Shown piece by piece: positions 28,387-38,134 of a stretch of 64,000 nt of DNA; position 1 is the first letter of the stretch; each line of letters begins with the position of its first letter. The position numbers were made by a program, and so were the translations under genes. Under the pieces are notes generated by a model that saw only the letters and a list, made by a program, of their open reading frames with translations, was not told the DNA's origin and ran no database searches. Source of the DNA: Bdellovibrionota bacterium (lineage in GTDB: Bacteria > Bdellovibrionota > UBA1018 > CAIPTA01 > JAALKR01); assembly GCA_965207455.1 (NCBI GenBank), contig CBDBMJ010000003.1, positions 64,001 through 128,000 on the forward strand, given 5' to 3'.

Positions 28387-29871
28387 GCATAGAGTATCTA
28401 TGGCTTGTATGTAAAAACGTGTGGCTATATCCAATTGAGAGAGTTCATTATATTCATCGGGGGCGTACGCATTGGGAGCTTCTTTGCCAGGACCAAAGAC
28501 CACGGTGGAGACTCCTTGGTCGGAAAAAATAGATCCTTCGGTGCAGGCCGAACCAGAGGTGATTTTCCCATTCACTCCAACCCTGTGGAGCGCTCCCATC
28601 AATACTCGCACAAAAGTACTTTCCCTATCCGTGTGCATAGCAGGGCTGGAGCTAACCCTCTTAAAGTTGAAACTTATTTTTGGCTCGCCCTGGGCTATCC
28701 TATCCACGGCTTGCTGTAGGGTTTTTTCCAAATCCTCCCTTACTCCTTTGGAGGACATTTCAGGTAATAAAGATATATAAAAATATACAATGATGGTGTC
28801 TGCTTTATGCTCGATGGAATTCATGGATAGAGTGGAAAATGGAGGAGAAAACTCACTTGCGGTTTGCGTTTTTAATTCTTCTCCAACCGTTTCCATCATA
28901 TCTTCCAATTGAAAAAGAATGTCTAAGAGTTTGTCGGGAAAGAGTCGAACAACAGCATCGCTCCCGGAGCGATTAAAGTTGAGCTCAAAAAAATCACTGG
29001 GATTCCCCTGTAAATGTTTTTTAAATTGACGACGGAACATGTCCAACTCCCCATCAGGGAGCATGATAACCGCTGTGGCACTGTCGGCTACTTTATGCAA
29101 CTCTCCCCCACCACTCAAGGATTGCATGCGTATGGGAATATGACTTGCTTTCAATGCACGCAACAGTCGCAGGAGTTTTTCAATGGCACTATCCCCTGTT
29201 TCCGGCATGGCAGCGTACGCACCCGTACCCAAAGCTTTTATTTCCACACGAACATTAAATTCTCTAGCGTCCTTTTGTATCGTCGCAAAAGATAACTGTA
29301 TGGCTGTGCTCATCTGAGATTTATGATGATTCATAATCTGTAGGGACGTGGGGTGACCAATAAGGGCGTACTTGGGATTGAGTGCTTTCGAGTCCATCAA
29401 GTACTTGCTCCCAAAAAAAGAAGACTCTGCCCCACAGGTGGCTGCCAAGTATATGGGCTGAGCTAATTTCTTATCCACAAATTGCTTGCAGGCCTCTAAC
29501 TTACATAAAAAATCTAACTTGGCATTCGCAGCACCCAGTCCGATGATCTTGTCCTTGTCTACCTGAGGACTCCATGGCTCGCTGTTCAAGCGCTTCCAGT
29601 GGGAAAGGTTCCCTGGGTAGGCTGTGTCCAAGTGGGATAGGAGAAGAAGACCTTTAGAGGTTTTGCTTTCCACTAAATCGTCGCCCAAAATTCCAATAAT
29701 ATTAAATTGCCTGCGATTATAGTTTTCGATGGAGTGCTCCACTTTTTGCACAATGATCTTGGCCTGTAGGGACTCAAAAATAGGAATTAAATAATCTACT
29801 ATTTTCTCATTCCCAATACTCGTAACGCTATTGATTCGCAGTAAGTTTAAGGCTTGATCGATAAAATCCAT
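28372..29871 (-). CDS. M20/DapE/ArgE-family hydrolase-like protein, degenerate active site
   Basis: SHLDT, GLGAANAK, VFGPG, APDEY. Confidence 0.8.
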   Translation of the reverse strand: MDFIDQALNLLRINSVTSIGNEKIVDYLIPIFESLQAKIIVQKVEHSIENYNRRQFNIIGILGDDLVESKTSKGLLLLSHLDTAYPGNLSHWKRLNSEPWSPQVDKDKIIGLGAANAKLDFLCKLEACKQFVDKKLAQPIYLAATCGAESSFFGSKYLMDSKALNPKYALIGHPTSLQIMNHHKSQMSTAIQLSFATIQKDAREFNVRVEIKALGTGAYAAMPETGDSAIEKLLRLLRALKASHIPIRMQSLSGGGELHKVADSATAVIMLPDGELDMFRRQFKKHLQGNPSDFFELNFNRSGSDAVVRLFPDKLLDILFQLEDMMETVGEELKTQTASEFSPPFSTLSMNSIEHKADTIIVYFYISLLPEMSSKGVREDLEKTLQQAVDRIAQGEPKISFNFKRVSSSPAMHTDRESTFVRVLMGALHRVGVNGKITSGSACTEGSIFSDQGVSTVVFGPGKEAPNAYAPDEYNELSQLDIATRFYIQAIDTLCLRGV

Positions 29872-29963
29872 TTCCCCCTATAGTAACCTTTTCTTTATAG
29901 GTGAGACAATTTTTCCTGAAAATTCATCTGGACCTAAGTTTATTCACACGTTAAAATCCCCCT

Positions 29964-30725
29964 ATGGGCAACTACTGTACCTTTTTTCTATATCTAATCG
30001 CTATTCCAGTGTACGCACAGGGCACGAACACTACCGTAGAGCTGCAAACTGCGGAGCACGCCTACCAAGAAAAAAACTATGAAAAGGCCCATACCCTATA
30101 CACAAAGCTCCTCAAAAAGTCTCCCAACTCAGCAAACCTTCTCTTTAACCTCGCCTCCGTAGAAATAAAAATAGGAATGTTGGGCAGGGCATACGCCCAT
30201 TTGCTACGCGCCCAAAGAAATAGCCCACTGGACTCGGACATTCGCTACAATACAAAACTACTGTACCAAGCATTGTCGGAGGAAAAAAACTTAGCCACGG
30301 TGCCTTCCCAAACCGTACTGGGCTCCACCTTTCTTGGCAGCATCCCACTAAGTCTTTGGCTATGCCTTATGCTTTTGTTCTCAGCCCTTGGTTTACTCCT
30401 GTTTAAACGGGGCGGCTTTCCCTTAACTGCCTCTTCTTTTTTTGCCCTATTGTTTGCTATCGTCAGTGCCTCAGTTTTTTATAACCATTACCACGAGGCT
30501 GTAGTGGTAGGGGAAGAGCCGGTGGTACGCAGTGGTCCAAACGATGGCTTTCCTGAAGTGCTGCTCCTAGCTCAAGGGAGCCTCGTGGCAGTGGAGGAAA
30601 AAAACAAACAGTGGGCTAAAATTCGCTTTCGCCTCGTCCATGGCTCCAGTGATGAGGACATTATTGGTTGGCTGAAGATAAAAACCCTAGATATCTTGGC
30701 TAACCCTAGGGTAGGCTTCCAATAA
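29964..30725 (+). CDS. BatE-like TPR + SH3 membrane protein
   Basis: TPR (FNLAS, DIRYN), TM hairpin, VRSGP...W.KI...GW. Confidence 0.75.
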   Translation: MGNYCTFFLYLIAIPVYAQGTNTTVELQTAEHAYQEKNYEKAHTLYTKLLKKSPNSANLLFNLASVEIKIGMLGRAYAHLLRAQRNSPLDSDIRYNTKLLYQALSEEKNLATVPSQTVLGSTFLGSIPLSLWLCLMLLFSALGLLLFKRGGFPLTASSFFALLFAIVSASVFYNHYHEAVVVGEEPVVRSGPNDGFPEVLLLAQGSLVAVEEKNKQWAKIRFRLVHGSSDEDIIGWLKIKTLDILANPRVGFQ

Positions 30726-30736
30726 GGTGACATCCC

Positions 30737-31489
30737 GTGTTTATTCGTAAATTTCCATCCTTTCTCCTTCTTTTCGCCCTAGCGCTTTCTGCCTGCTCCA
30801 CTACGCAAAGTAAAAAAAAATCAAGCAACGTCATTACGGCTAAATACCAAGAAGCCCTAGAATTCTTGGAAGATAAACGCTACCTGGAAGCCAATAAAAG
30901 ATTCCAGAGCTTAAAAATCCGTAACCCCTACAGTAGGTACGCTTCCCTATCCTCCCTTCGCATTGGAGATACCTATTTTCAGCAGGGCCTATACCTAGAG
31001 GCTGCCAGTGCATATAAACTGTTCCTAGACCTCTACCCTAAACATAAAGAAGCAAGCTATGCCCTTTTTCGTATTGGAGAAAGCAATATGAAAACCGTTC
31101 CCGATTCCATTTACTTGGATCTGACGGGAGCCACTATTGCGATAAAGAGTTTCCGTCGATTTTTACAAAGGTTTCCCAAGAGTCAGTACCGGAAAAAAGC
31201 GAAAAAATTCATTGCAAGTTTGCGAAAGAAGCTAGGGGAAAAGGAAAACTATGTGGGGAACTTTTACTTTAAACGGGAATTGTGGAAGTCCGCAATTGAA
31301 CGCTATCGTCGAATTTTGAAAGAATACTCGGACCTCAAAATATTCAATGAAAAAGCACTCTATCGCCTAGCCTATTCCTACCGACAAATAAAAGAGCGGC
31401 GAAAGTCCAGAGGCATAGTGGCACGCTTAAAAAAGAGATACCCCAAGGGAGCATTTACAAAAAAAGTACAGTCATGGAAACGACAATAA
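30737..31489 (+). CDS. bamD: Outer membrane assembly lipoprotein BamD
   Basis: Lipobox LSAC, PYSRYA, LYPKH, RFPKSQY, VGNFYFKR. Confidence 0.9.
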   Translation: MFIRKFPSFLLLFALALSACSTTQSKKKSSNVITAKYQEALEFLEDKRYLEANKRFQSLKIRNPYSRYASLSSLRIGDTYFQQGLYLEAASAYKLFLDLYPKHKEASYALFRIGESNMKTVPDSIYLDLTGATIAIKSFRRFLQRFPKSQYRKKAKKFIASLRKKLGEKENYVGNFYFKRELWKSAIERYRRILKEYSDLKIFNEKALYRLAYSYRQIKERRKSRGIVARLKKRYPKGAFTKKVQSWKRQ

Positions 31490-31507
31490 AGGAAAGGCGA
31501 GATTATA

Positions 31508-32209
31508 ATGGATGTAAGCAAAATTCGAAACCTGATCAAAAGCAAAAAGTACCAGCTAGCCCAAGAAGCGCTCCTACGAATGAGTGTAGACGGAAAGTCC
31601 ACGGACGAATCTCAGTATTTAATGGGACTCGTCTGCCAACGACAAAATAATTTGGAGGGAGCAGTCTATGCCTACCAACAAGCCCTTGCCCGTAACCCCG
31701 TCCATACCAATGCCTCCATTGCCCTATCCGTGATTCATAATGATATTGGTCACTACAAAAGCGCAAAGAAAATATTTGAGCAGGCAGAAAAAAATGAAAC
31801 CAAGGGAGGCACACACACTCGAAACAACGCCGTAACCAAAGAACTCTTTCAAAAACACCTAGAAACGGGCAACCTATACCGGAAAATACAACGCTACGAC
31901 GAAGCTACCCATGAGTATATAAAAGCTGGTCGACTAGACCCCAACAACCCTGAAGCTAATATTTGCTTAGCTAAGCTGCTTGCCCAACGGGGACAGGTAA
32001 GTGCCGCTAAAAAAGAACTGGAAAGACTCATCTATGCCTTCCCCAACTACATATCGGCACGAATACAACTCGCTCTCCTACTATACGCCATGGGAAATAC
32101 GGTAGACGCTAGAGGGGAACTCATCAATGCCCTAGCAATAGACCCTGAAAATAAGGAAGCTAAAAAATATTTAACTCTAACGGCAAAAGCTACAGAAAGC
32201 TTATCGTAA
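31508..32209 (+). CDS. TPR-repeat protein
   Basis: Multiple TPR motifs. Confidence 0.85.
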   Translation: MDVSKIRNLIKSKKYQLAQEALLRMSVDGKSTDESQYLMGLVCQRQNNLEGAVYAYQQALARNPVHTNASIALSVIHNDIGHYKSAKKIFEQAEKNETKGGTHTRNNAVTKELFQKHLETGNLYRKIQRYDEATHEYIKAGRLDPNNPEANICLAKLLAQRGQVSAAKKELERLIYAFPNYISARIQLALLLYAMGNTVDARGELINALAIDPENKEAKKYLTLTAKATESLS

Positions 32210-32214
32210 AATCC

Positions 32215-32763
32215 CTATAGGGGACTCACTTGTACGCCGGACTCCACACCTGCCAACGGAACAGCTGTGGCCACATTCGTACGGTGAATCGTTCCCATGG
32301 GAGTTTTTGCCACCGATATCACTAGGGCTGATAACTCATTGTACATGGCACACTTCACGGAATATTCATTTTCCTGAAGCACCACCTGTCGCCCCAAACG
32401 CTCTTTGGTATTGACAACAATGGGTGCTTTTAGGTTCGCCGTCATCTCCCGAACATCCGCAGGAATGGTGAGCACGGAATACACCAAGGTTTTCTCCTTT
32501 TCTAAAGAAGAGAGCTTTAATACACGCAATTCGTTTGCCGATAAACGCACATGATAATCCTTACGAAATACCATTGGTTCCAGTATGGGAAACGCAATCT
32601 CTGAATTTTCCACGGATTGAAACCACAGGATCATGGTCTCGTCCGACGGGTCCACAATAAAATATTGTTTTAGCTTCTCAAAACCCATCATGCCTTCCGA
32701 CAAATGAATAATATGCTCCGAAGCCACATTTAATACACCAAAACGGCTTGTTTTAATCCCCAT
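32215..32763 (-). CDS. fliW: Flagellar assembly factor / CsrA antagonist FliW
   Basis: TSRFG, GFE, WFQS, MTANLKAPIVVN, GRQVVL. Confidence 0.95.
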   Translation of the reverse strand: MGIKTSRFGVLNVASEHIIHLSEGMMGFEKLKQYFIVDPSDETMILWFQSVENSEIAFPILEPMVFRKDYHVRLSANELRVLKLSSLEKEKTLVYSVLTIPADVREMTANLKAPIVVNTKERLGRQVVLQENEYSVKCAMYNELSALVISVAKTPMGTIHRTNVATAVPLAGVESGVQVSPL

Positions 32764-32833
32764 ATTCCCTCCCCACTCTTTATGTTAAAGATCACTCATT
32801 ACTTTGATTTTAACTCCAACGTTTGGGAATTGG

Positions 32834-33085
32834 CTAGGATTCTTTATCTTCTTTTACGCCACTTTTAATAATATCTGCCATATTTGATACAGATTTAGGG
32901 GAAAGTCCCGCTGCTTCCTTGTTAGAATCTTGAATGGAGGTGTAAATTTCCTCCCGGTGGATTTTTGTCTCCTTGGGCGCCTGTATTCCTAGCCGTACCT
33001 GTTTTCCCTTAATTTGCACAACCATTATCTTAATATGGTCGTCTATGGCTATCGACTCTCCAAGCTTTCTTGTTAAAACTAGCAT
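32834..33085 (-). CDS. csrA: Carbon storage regulator CsrA
   Basis: MLVLTRKLGESI, QVRLGIQAP, IHREEIY plus C-terminal extension. Confidence 0.98.
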   Translation of the reverse strand: MLVLTRKLGESIAIDDHIKIMVVQIKGKQVRLGIQAPKETKIHREEIYTSIQDSNKEAAGLSPKSVSNMADIIKSGVKEDKES

Positions 33086-33182
33086 ATCTTAATCCTCATA
33101 CTCCCTGATGATTTTTCTTTTTTTCCTCTAGGTTATTAGGTGCATACCTGATTTTGCTACATTCAGCAATGGAAACCAGCAT

Positions 33183-34103
33183 TTATGTTAAAAAATCTAG
33201 GAGTTTTAGGCTATTAAACTTTTGCGCCGCACCTAAACTAGCCTTTAAGGCCGTTTCTTCCTTAGCTAAATCTGCGACCACACGCACCAAATCTGCATCC
33301 TCCATGGAGCTCCGAACCTCTGCCTGTATGAGGTCGCGCTCCCCAATGCCCCTGATGGAATTTTCAATGGTCGATGCTTTCGTCCCCACATCCGTTCGAG
33401 CCTCGATAAGGCGACTGCGTATACCATCCAGTGAACCCAGCACCGATTGGATCTTCTCATGGTCATTGCTCTTCAAGGCATCGTAGAATGTGTTGAGAAT
33501 AAAAAAAGCATTCTCTGGCTCATCCTGTTCCAAGCCAAACTCTCCTCGATACACAGGAGAACCCGAAAATACATCCTGACCCGGCAGGTTCATGGATACA
33601 AACACATCCTCATCCACCTCCACCATCATATTGCCATCGTCCCCAGAATAGTCCCCTCGCTCACTAAAAGGCTTTGTGCTTGTCTGAAAACCACCAAATA
33701 TATAGCGACCCCCTAAGCGCTTATTGGCTAGGCTCAGTAGTTCCTGGCGTAAGGAGTTTACCTCTTCAGCTACTAGGGACCGGGTTTCTGCACCATTGGC
33801 TGCATTGCTAGCCATTTGAATGGAAAGATCTTTCGTTCGATCCACCACATCCAAGGCAGAAGTCAATACAGTTTCCGTATAATAAAGAAAGTTCTTTGCT
33901 AAAGATGCGTTCCGAACGAATTGCTCATTATTCATTGCACTCTCCTTTATCTGAGTTACATGCTGATAACCTGCCGGATCGTCGGAAGGTTTATTGATGC
34001 GTTTAAGGCCACCTGCCTCTTGCTGGAGCTTTGCCAAATTACTCCGAGGCTTGTTTACTGAATCTTTTATTCCTTTGTATATAGAGTTTTCTGTTATTCT
34101 CAT
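33183..34103 (-). CDS. flgL: Flagellar hook-associated protein 3
   Basis: MRIT, KRINKPSDDP, RYIFGG, LLDFL. Confidence 0.95.
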   Translation of the reverse strand: MRITENSIYKGIKDSVNKPRSNLAKLQQEAGGLKRINKPSDDPAGYQHVTQIKESAMNNEQFVRNASLAKNFLYYTETVLTSALDVVDRTKDLSIQMASNAANGAETRSLVAEEVNSLRQELLSLANKRLGGRYIFGGFQTSTKPFSERGDYSGDDGNMMVEVDEDVFVSMNLPGQDVFSGSPVYRGEFGLEQDEPENAFFILNTFYDALKSNDHEKIQSVLGSLDGIRSRLIEARTDVGTKASTIENSIRGIGERDLIQAEVRSSMEDADLVRVVADLAKEETALKASLGAAQKFNSLKLLDFLT

Positions 34104-34107
34104 AATT

Positions 34108-35538
34108 TTAACCTAATAAACCAATTATTGTTTCTAACATTTCATCAGCCACTTTCATCACTTTTGCATTAGCAGAATAGGCGTGCTGAAAGCGAACAAT
34201 GTCTGCCGTTTCTTCATCTAAACTCACACCACTGATTTGTTCTCGAAAGCCTTCCAACTGATTCATAACATCTACTTTAAATGTCAGTTCTTTATTCGCA
34301 AAAGCAGTACTACTACCTATATCAGCAACAATGGAATTATAATCTTCCACAACGGAATGATCGGGAATTCCAGAGGAGCCTTTCAAGGAAGGCAGCTTAG
34401 ATATCTGTAGAGCAATGCGATTATCTCCAGGTGCCTCAGGCAAGAGACCAGCAGCAATAGCGTCCAAGGAGGAGGTGACTTCATCGGAAAGTCGAAACAA
34501 TTCTATGGCACGCCCCTTACTCTCTTCTTCAATTTTTTGAAAAAAATCTCTCTCGCCCACTCCATCTAAACCGTAACCTGCTTGATGAATGGTGTTCACA
34601 TTATTGACTAGACTAAAGGCAATGGTATCCATTTTCTCCATAGCTCTTCCCACCTCTCCATCTCTTACTCCAAGGAGAGCACCTATTCTACCTTGGGTCA
34701 TATAGGGAGTGAGTTCAAAGGGAGCCACATCATGCAAATAAATACTGTACGTATTTTCCGGTTTTCCATTGCTATTACCCGGAGTTCTTCGCAACTCCAA
34801 CTCGTTGAGCGTATCTCCTGAAAGAACAATACCCTGTCCTGCCACCGTTATACTCATCATACCCGCATCGTTTTCAAAAACTGAGATTTCACTCAATTCG
34901 CCCAAGCGATTTATGGCCAGATCCCTTCTATCATCTAAATCAGGCACTTCTTTTCCTCCCACTCTTCCTGCACTAATTAAGGCATTGAACTCTCGGACTT
35001 CATGCAGAATGGAGTTAAATTCTTTTGTATAGCCTTTGATACGAGCATCGATATTTTTCTGGATTCCCAGCAAACCATTATCGATATTGCCTGCACTTTT
35101 CACTAAACTCTTGGCAGAAGCACGCACAGTGGAACGAAGAGCAATGTTGGAAGGATCTAGGGATAGGTTTTTAAACTCGTTAAAAAATTTGGATAACTGG
35201 TGGTTAAAACCTTCCACATTGGATTCATTAAAAACCTGCTCGGACTGTGAGAGAAAAATCTTTCTCTCCTCTGCATAACCCAAACTCGTGGCTTCCTTTC
35301 CAATACGTTGGCTGAGGTATTCATCGGACGTACGAGACACTCCCGTGTTTCTCACGCCAGAGCCCACATATCCATTTGCTTTAGGAATACTAGGCCCCGT
35401 TACTTGATCCACTTTTTGACGGGAATAGCCCTTCGTATTGGCATTGGCCACATTATGGGAAGCACTTCCTAAAGAACTCCGGGAGGCATTTAATCCTGAG
35501 TTGGCAATATCAAATATTCGTGTTGCGCCACTACTCAT
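34108..35538 (-). CDS. flgK: Flagellar hook-associated protein 1
   Basis: HNVANANTKGYSRQ, SGVSLDEE, FQHAYSANAK. Confidence 0.96.
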   Translation of the reverse strand: MSSGATRIFDIANSGLNASRSSLGSASHNVANANTKGYSRQKVDQVTGPSIPKANGYVGSGVRNTGVSRTSDEYLSQRIGKEATSLGYAEERKIFLSQSEQVFNESNVEGFNHQLSKFFNEFKNLSLDPSNIALRSTVRASAKSLVKSAGNIDNGLLGIQKNIDARIKGYTKEFNSILHEVREFNALISAGRVGGKEVPDLDDRRDLAINRLGELSEISVFENDAGMMSITVAGQGIVLSGDTLNELELRRTPGNSNGKPENTYSIYLHDVAPFELTPYMTQGRIGALLGVRDGEVGRAMEKMDTIAFSLVNNVNTIHQAGYGLDGVGERDFFQKIEEESKGRAIELFRLSDEVTSSLDAIAAGLLPEAPGDNRIALQISKLPSLKGSSGIPDHSVVEDYNSIVADIGSSTAFANKELTFKVDVMNQLEGFREQISGVSLDEETADIVRFQHAYSANAKVMKVADEMLETIIGLLG

Positions 35539-35553
35539 CGCCCATCCCCCTAG

Positions 35554-36063
35554 TTAAACTTTCTCGGATACAATGCGTGCGTTTCTATCTCCACTTTCAT
35601 GCATCTTTCCTCGGGGATTATATGTTGGAGATTTATCTTCCGTAACTGCTAAGGCATTTTTTTTCATTTCCTGGGTTTCTTCCAGGGCATTTTCCACTAA
35701 CCTTCCATTTTCTTGATTAAAGCTATGCACACGAGTGACAATAATCCTCAAGCTGTTGCGTAATTTCATTATCGACGGATACTGAGGATACAGCCTTGCC
35801 ACAGCCTCTAAACTCAGTTTCTCCACATCTTGGTTTGTGGCATTTGCTAGAGATAATAGCCATTTCTGGCGTTCCATTTCTTTCTTGTGCAATTCACCTA
35901 AAAGAACCTCTTTGGCTAACGTAATCTTACGAATTTCTTTTATGTTTGTTTGTACAACATAATCCTTCTCTTCTCGAACGAGAAGCAACAATTCTTTATA
36001 AAGGGTAAGTTGAGACGTTAAATTTTCTTCCAGCAACTCTACTTCTGGTAGCGAATCATCCAT
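35554..36063 (-). CDS. flgN: Flagellar export chaperone FlgN
   Basis: Helical, N..N..L and TY motifs; between flgM and flgK. Confidence 0.82.
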   Translation of the reverse strand: MDDSLPEVELLEENLTSQLTLYKELLLLVREEKDYVVQTNIKEIRKITLAKEVLLGELHKKEMERQKWLLSLANATNQDVEKLSLEAVARLYPQYPSIMKLRNSLRIIVTRVHSFNQENGRLVENALEETQEMKKNALAVTEDKSPTYNPRGKMHESGDRNARIVSEKV

Positions 36064-36115
36064 GAATTTTCCTCCATCCTCCGTGATAGAGATACCGATT
36101 TTCTTCAGCCCCTTC

Positions 36116-36154
36116 AGTTTTGGCCCCTAGTTTTGGCCCCTAGCTTTAGCTCCT
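36116..36154. repeat. 13-bp tandem repeat x3
   Basis: AGTTTTGGCCCCT twice plus a degenerate copy. Confidence 0.8.
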
Positions 36155-36461
36155 AGCTTCGCAGCAACTCCTCAAGCAACATTTTATCGGCAACCTCTCC
36201 GTAATCGGGTTTATACTCATTTGCAGCAATTTGTTTTTTCAGTAACTCTACTTTTTCTTTGTTTGATAGGTCTGTGCCTTTCACTATCTCTATGGCCTTG
36301 GCCACTAGCTTCGCCTTATCGGATAACCTAACCGCTGTGCCATCCATTGTTTTAGGGGCTTGTTCTCCACGCCCCACAGTGGTATTGGGATTCAACATAT
36401 TTTTCTTAGCTTTAGCTAAGTTTGATATTTCCACATTATCCATGGAGCTTGAAACTTTCAT
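36153..36461 (-). CDS. flgM: Anti-sigma28 factor FlgM
   Basis: VRLS, KVELLKKQI...Y.PD..VADKML. Confidence 0.9.
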   Translation of the reverse strand: MKVSSSMDNVEISNLAKAKKNMLNPNTTVGRGEQAPKTMDGTAVRLSDKAKLVAKAIEIVKGTDLSNKEKVELLKKQIAANEYKPDYGEVADKMLLEELLRS

Positions 36462-36516
36462 AACCTATTTCCTTTCTAAAACTCAGTTTTATTGTAACAC
36501 AATAGTTGCTATCAAG

Positions 36517-36834
36517 TCATTCCTTTTTCTGTGTGTGAATGTTGCGAATACCTGTCTGAGCAGGATCCGTTAAGTGGCGAACAATGAGCTCTGCAAGACC
36601 AATCCCCCTACCACTCTCACTTGCTTTCTCTGCATAGGTATCGTCCAACATTCCACGAAATAACTGTAAAGAACGATTATTTTTTGAGTCTGCACTTTCT
36701 GGCACACTACTTCGCATGGCACGAACCAATTGCTTTAAAAAGTTTGCCTCCATGGCACGCGCTGCTTGCACTAACTTTGGGTCCACCCGATCCAGATTTA
36801 CAGGTTGGATAATTTTTGTTGTATTTACCTTCAT
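36517..36834 (-). CDS. flgJ: Rod-binding protein (single-domain FlgJ)
   Basis: AARAMEANFLKQLVRAMR, GMLD, GIGLAELI. Confidence 0.85.
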   Translation of the reverse strand: MKVNTTKIIQPVNLDRVDPKLVQAARAMEANFLKQLVRAMRSSVPESADSKNNRSLQLFRGMLDDTYAEKASESGRGIGLAELIVRHLTDPAQTGIRNIHTQKKE

Positions 36835-36844
36835 AATTACTCAA

Positions 36845-36890
36845 TAAAATAAGGAGATAGGACAGATGAAAAAAACTGCCCTACCCCCCT
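36845..36890 (-). terminator. Terminator-like hairpin just upstream of flgJ
   Basis: GGGGGTAGGGCAG/CTGTCCTATCTCC 13-bp stem (with GU pairs) then TTATTTTATT. Confidence 0.65.
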
Positions 36891-37021
36891 TGTTAGATGC
36901 ACCCAGCATCCATGCCAGCCACTATTATAAAAGAAAAAAAACAATCACCATCCATGGCAGATAATTTTTCTCCATTTCCTGCTTCATATACCAAGACCCC
37001 ATCCTAGAGTCATACATCTAT
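36845..37021 (-). ncRNA. Putative CsrA-binding RNA (CsrB/RsmZ-like sRNA or leader)
   Basis: Three GGA-loop hairpins between a sigma54-like promoter and a terminator-like stem; no ORF. Confidence 0.55.
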
Positions 37022-37031
37022 CAAAAATCTA

Positions 37032-37047
37032 TGCACATTCCTTGCCA
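37032..37047 (-). promoter_or_regulatory. Sigma54-like promoter
   Basis: TGGCAAGGAATGTGCA, GG-N10-GC spacing. Confidence 0.55.
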
Positions 37048-37071
37048 TCTTTTCTACTCTTCGTTTTATTT

Positions 37072-38115
37072 TTAAAATATTTCTAATTCCCCTTCCAAAG
37101 CACCTGATTTTTTCAAGGCTTGAAAAATTGCGGTAAGATCTTTGGGACCAACGCCAATGGTATTTAAAGCTTTTACTAACTCACTCACGCTCGTAGACTC
37201 TTGAATTTCAATTACTTTTTTACCCACACTGCTTAACTGCCTAGTTTTATCTTCTATCTGAATGGATAGGTCTCCGTGTGAAAGCGCAACCGACTTAATC
37301 CGCACTTTTCCTCCTGCTACAATGGTTCCCGTTTTCTCATTGATAACAATTTTAGCTTTTTCGCTAGTATTCACCGTCAAATTTTCCAACACCGCCATTA
37401 ATTCGACAGCATTTCCCTTAAAAGAAAACGGAACAATTAAGTCCACCGTATTACCGTCTACCGTGGTGGCATACTTACCACCCAACTCCATATTAATTCT
37501 ACGAGCCACCCTAGCAATAGTAGTAAAATCATGCTCTTGGGTGTGCAAACGAATAGATTTTTTATTAGAAAAGTTTGCCTTTAGTTCCCGCTCCACAGTT
37601 GCACCACTGGGAAGCCATCCCACTGTACCAAATGTTTCCTTGGTTTCAGACGTGGTCCCAAGACTCACGGAACCTTGTGCAACGGCATAAACTTTTTGAT
37701 CTCCTGCTCGTAACGGCGTTGTCAGCAACGTACCACCACTTAAACTGGCCGCATCTCCCACACTGGAAATAGTTATGTCAATTTTTTGTCCTGCACGCGC
37801 AAAGGGAGGCAACTTTGCTGTTACCACTACAGAAGCCACGTTCTTCGATTCCACATTAGCCCCTGAATCCATTCCCATCTTTTTCAACATGCGACGAAGG
37901 GCTCTTCCCGCTGTTTGACCAGAGGAGTCCCCTGTGCCCCTTAAGCCAACCACAAGCCCATAGCCAATTAAAATGTTTTCCCGTACCCCCTTTACCTTTA
38001 CCACATCTTTTATACGTGCTCCCCAAACCTCCTGAACAGACACTGAAGATAATGTAAACATAATAAAAATAAATATAGAAACTCGCATCGATATCACTCC
38101 CCTCATCTCTCTCAC
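37072..38115 (-). CDS. flgI: Flagellar P-ring protein
   Basis: RIKD, GYGLVVGL.GTGD, SL.GGTLL.TPL, INEKTGTIV, GALEGEL. Confidence 0.97.
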   Translation of the reverse strand: MREMRGVISMRVSIFIFIMFTLSSVSVQEVWGARIKDVVKVKGVRENILIGYGLVVGLRGTGDSSGQTAGRALRRMLKKMGMDSGANVESKNVASVVVTAKLPPFARAGQKIDITISSVGDAASLSGGTLLTTPLRAGDQKVYAVAQGSVSLGTTSETKETFGTVGWLPSGATVERELKANFSNKKSIRLHTQEHDFTTIARVARRINMELGGKYATTVDGNTVDLIVPFSFKGNAVELMAVLENLTVNTSEKAKIVINEKTGTIVAGGKVRIKSVALSHGDLSIQIEDKTRQLSSVGKKVIEIQESTSVSELVKALNTIGVGPKDLTAIFQALKKSGALEGELEIF

Positions 38116-38134
38116 CCCTCTTACTCCTCTTTCT

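Noticed and set aside
36183..36215. Sigma28 promoter (GCCGATAA) for flgN
   Set aside because: Encodes the conserved ADK of FlgM; spacing to TAAA is 18, not 15
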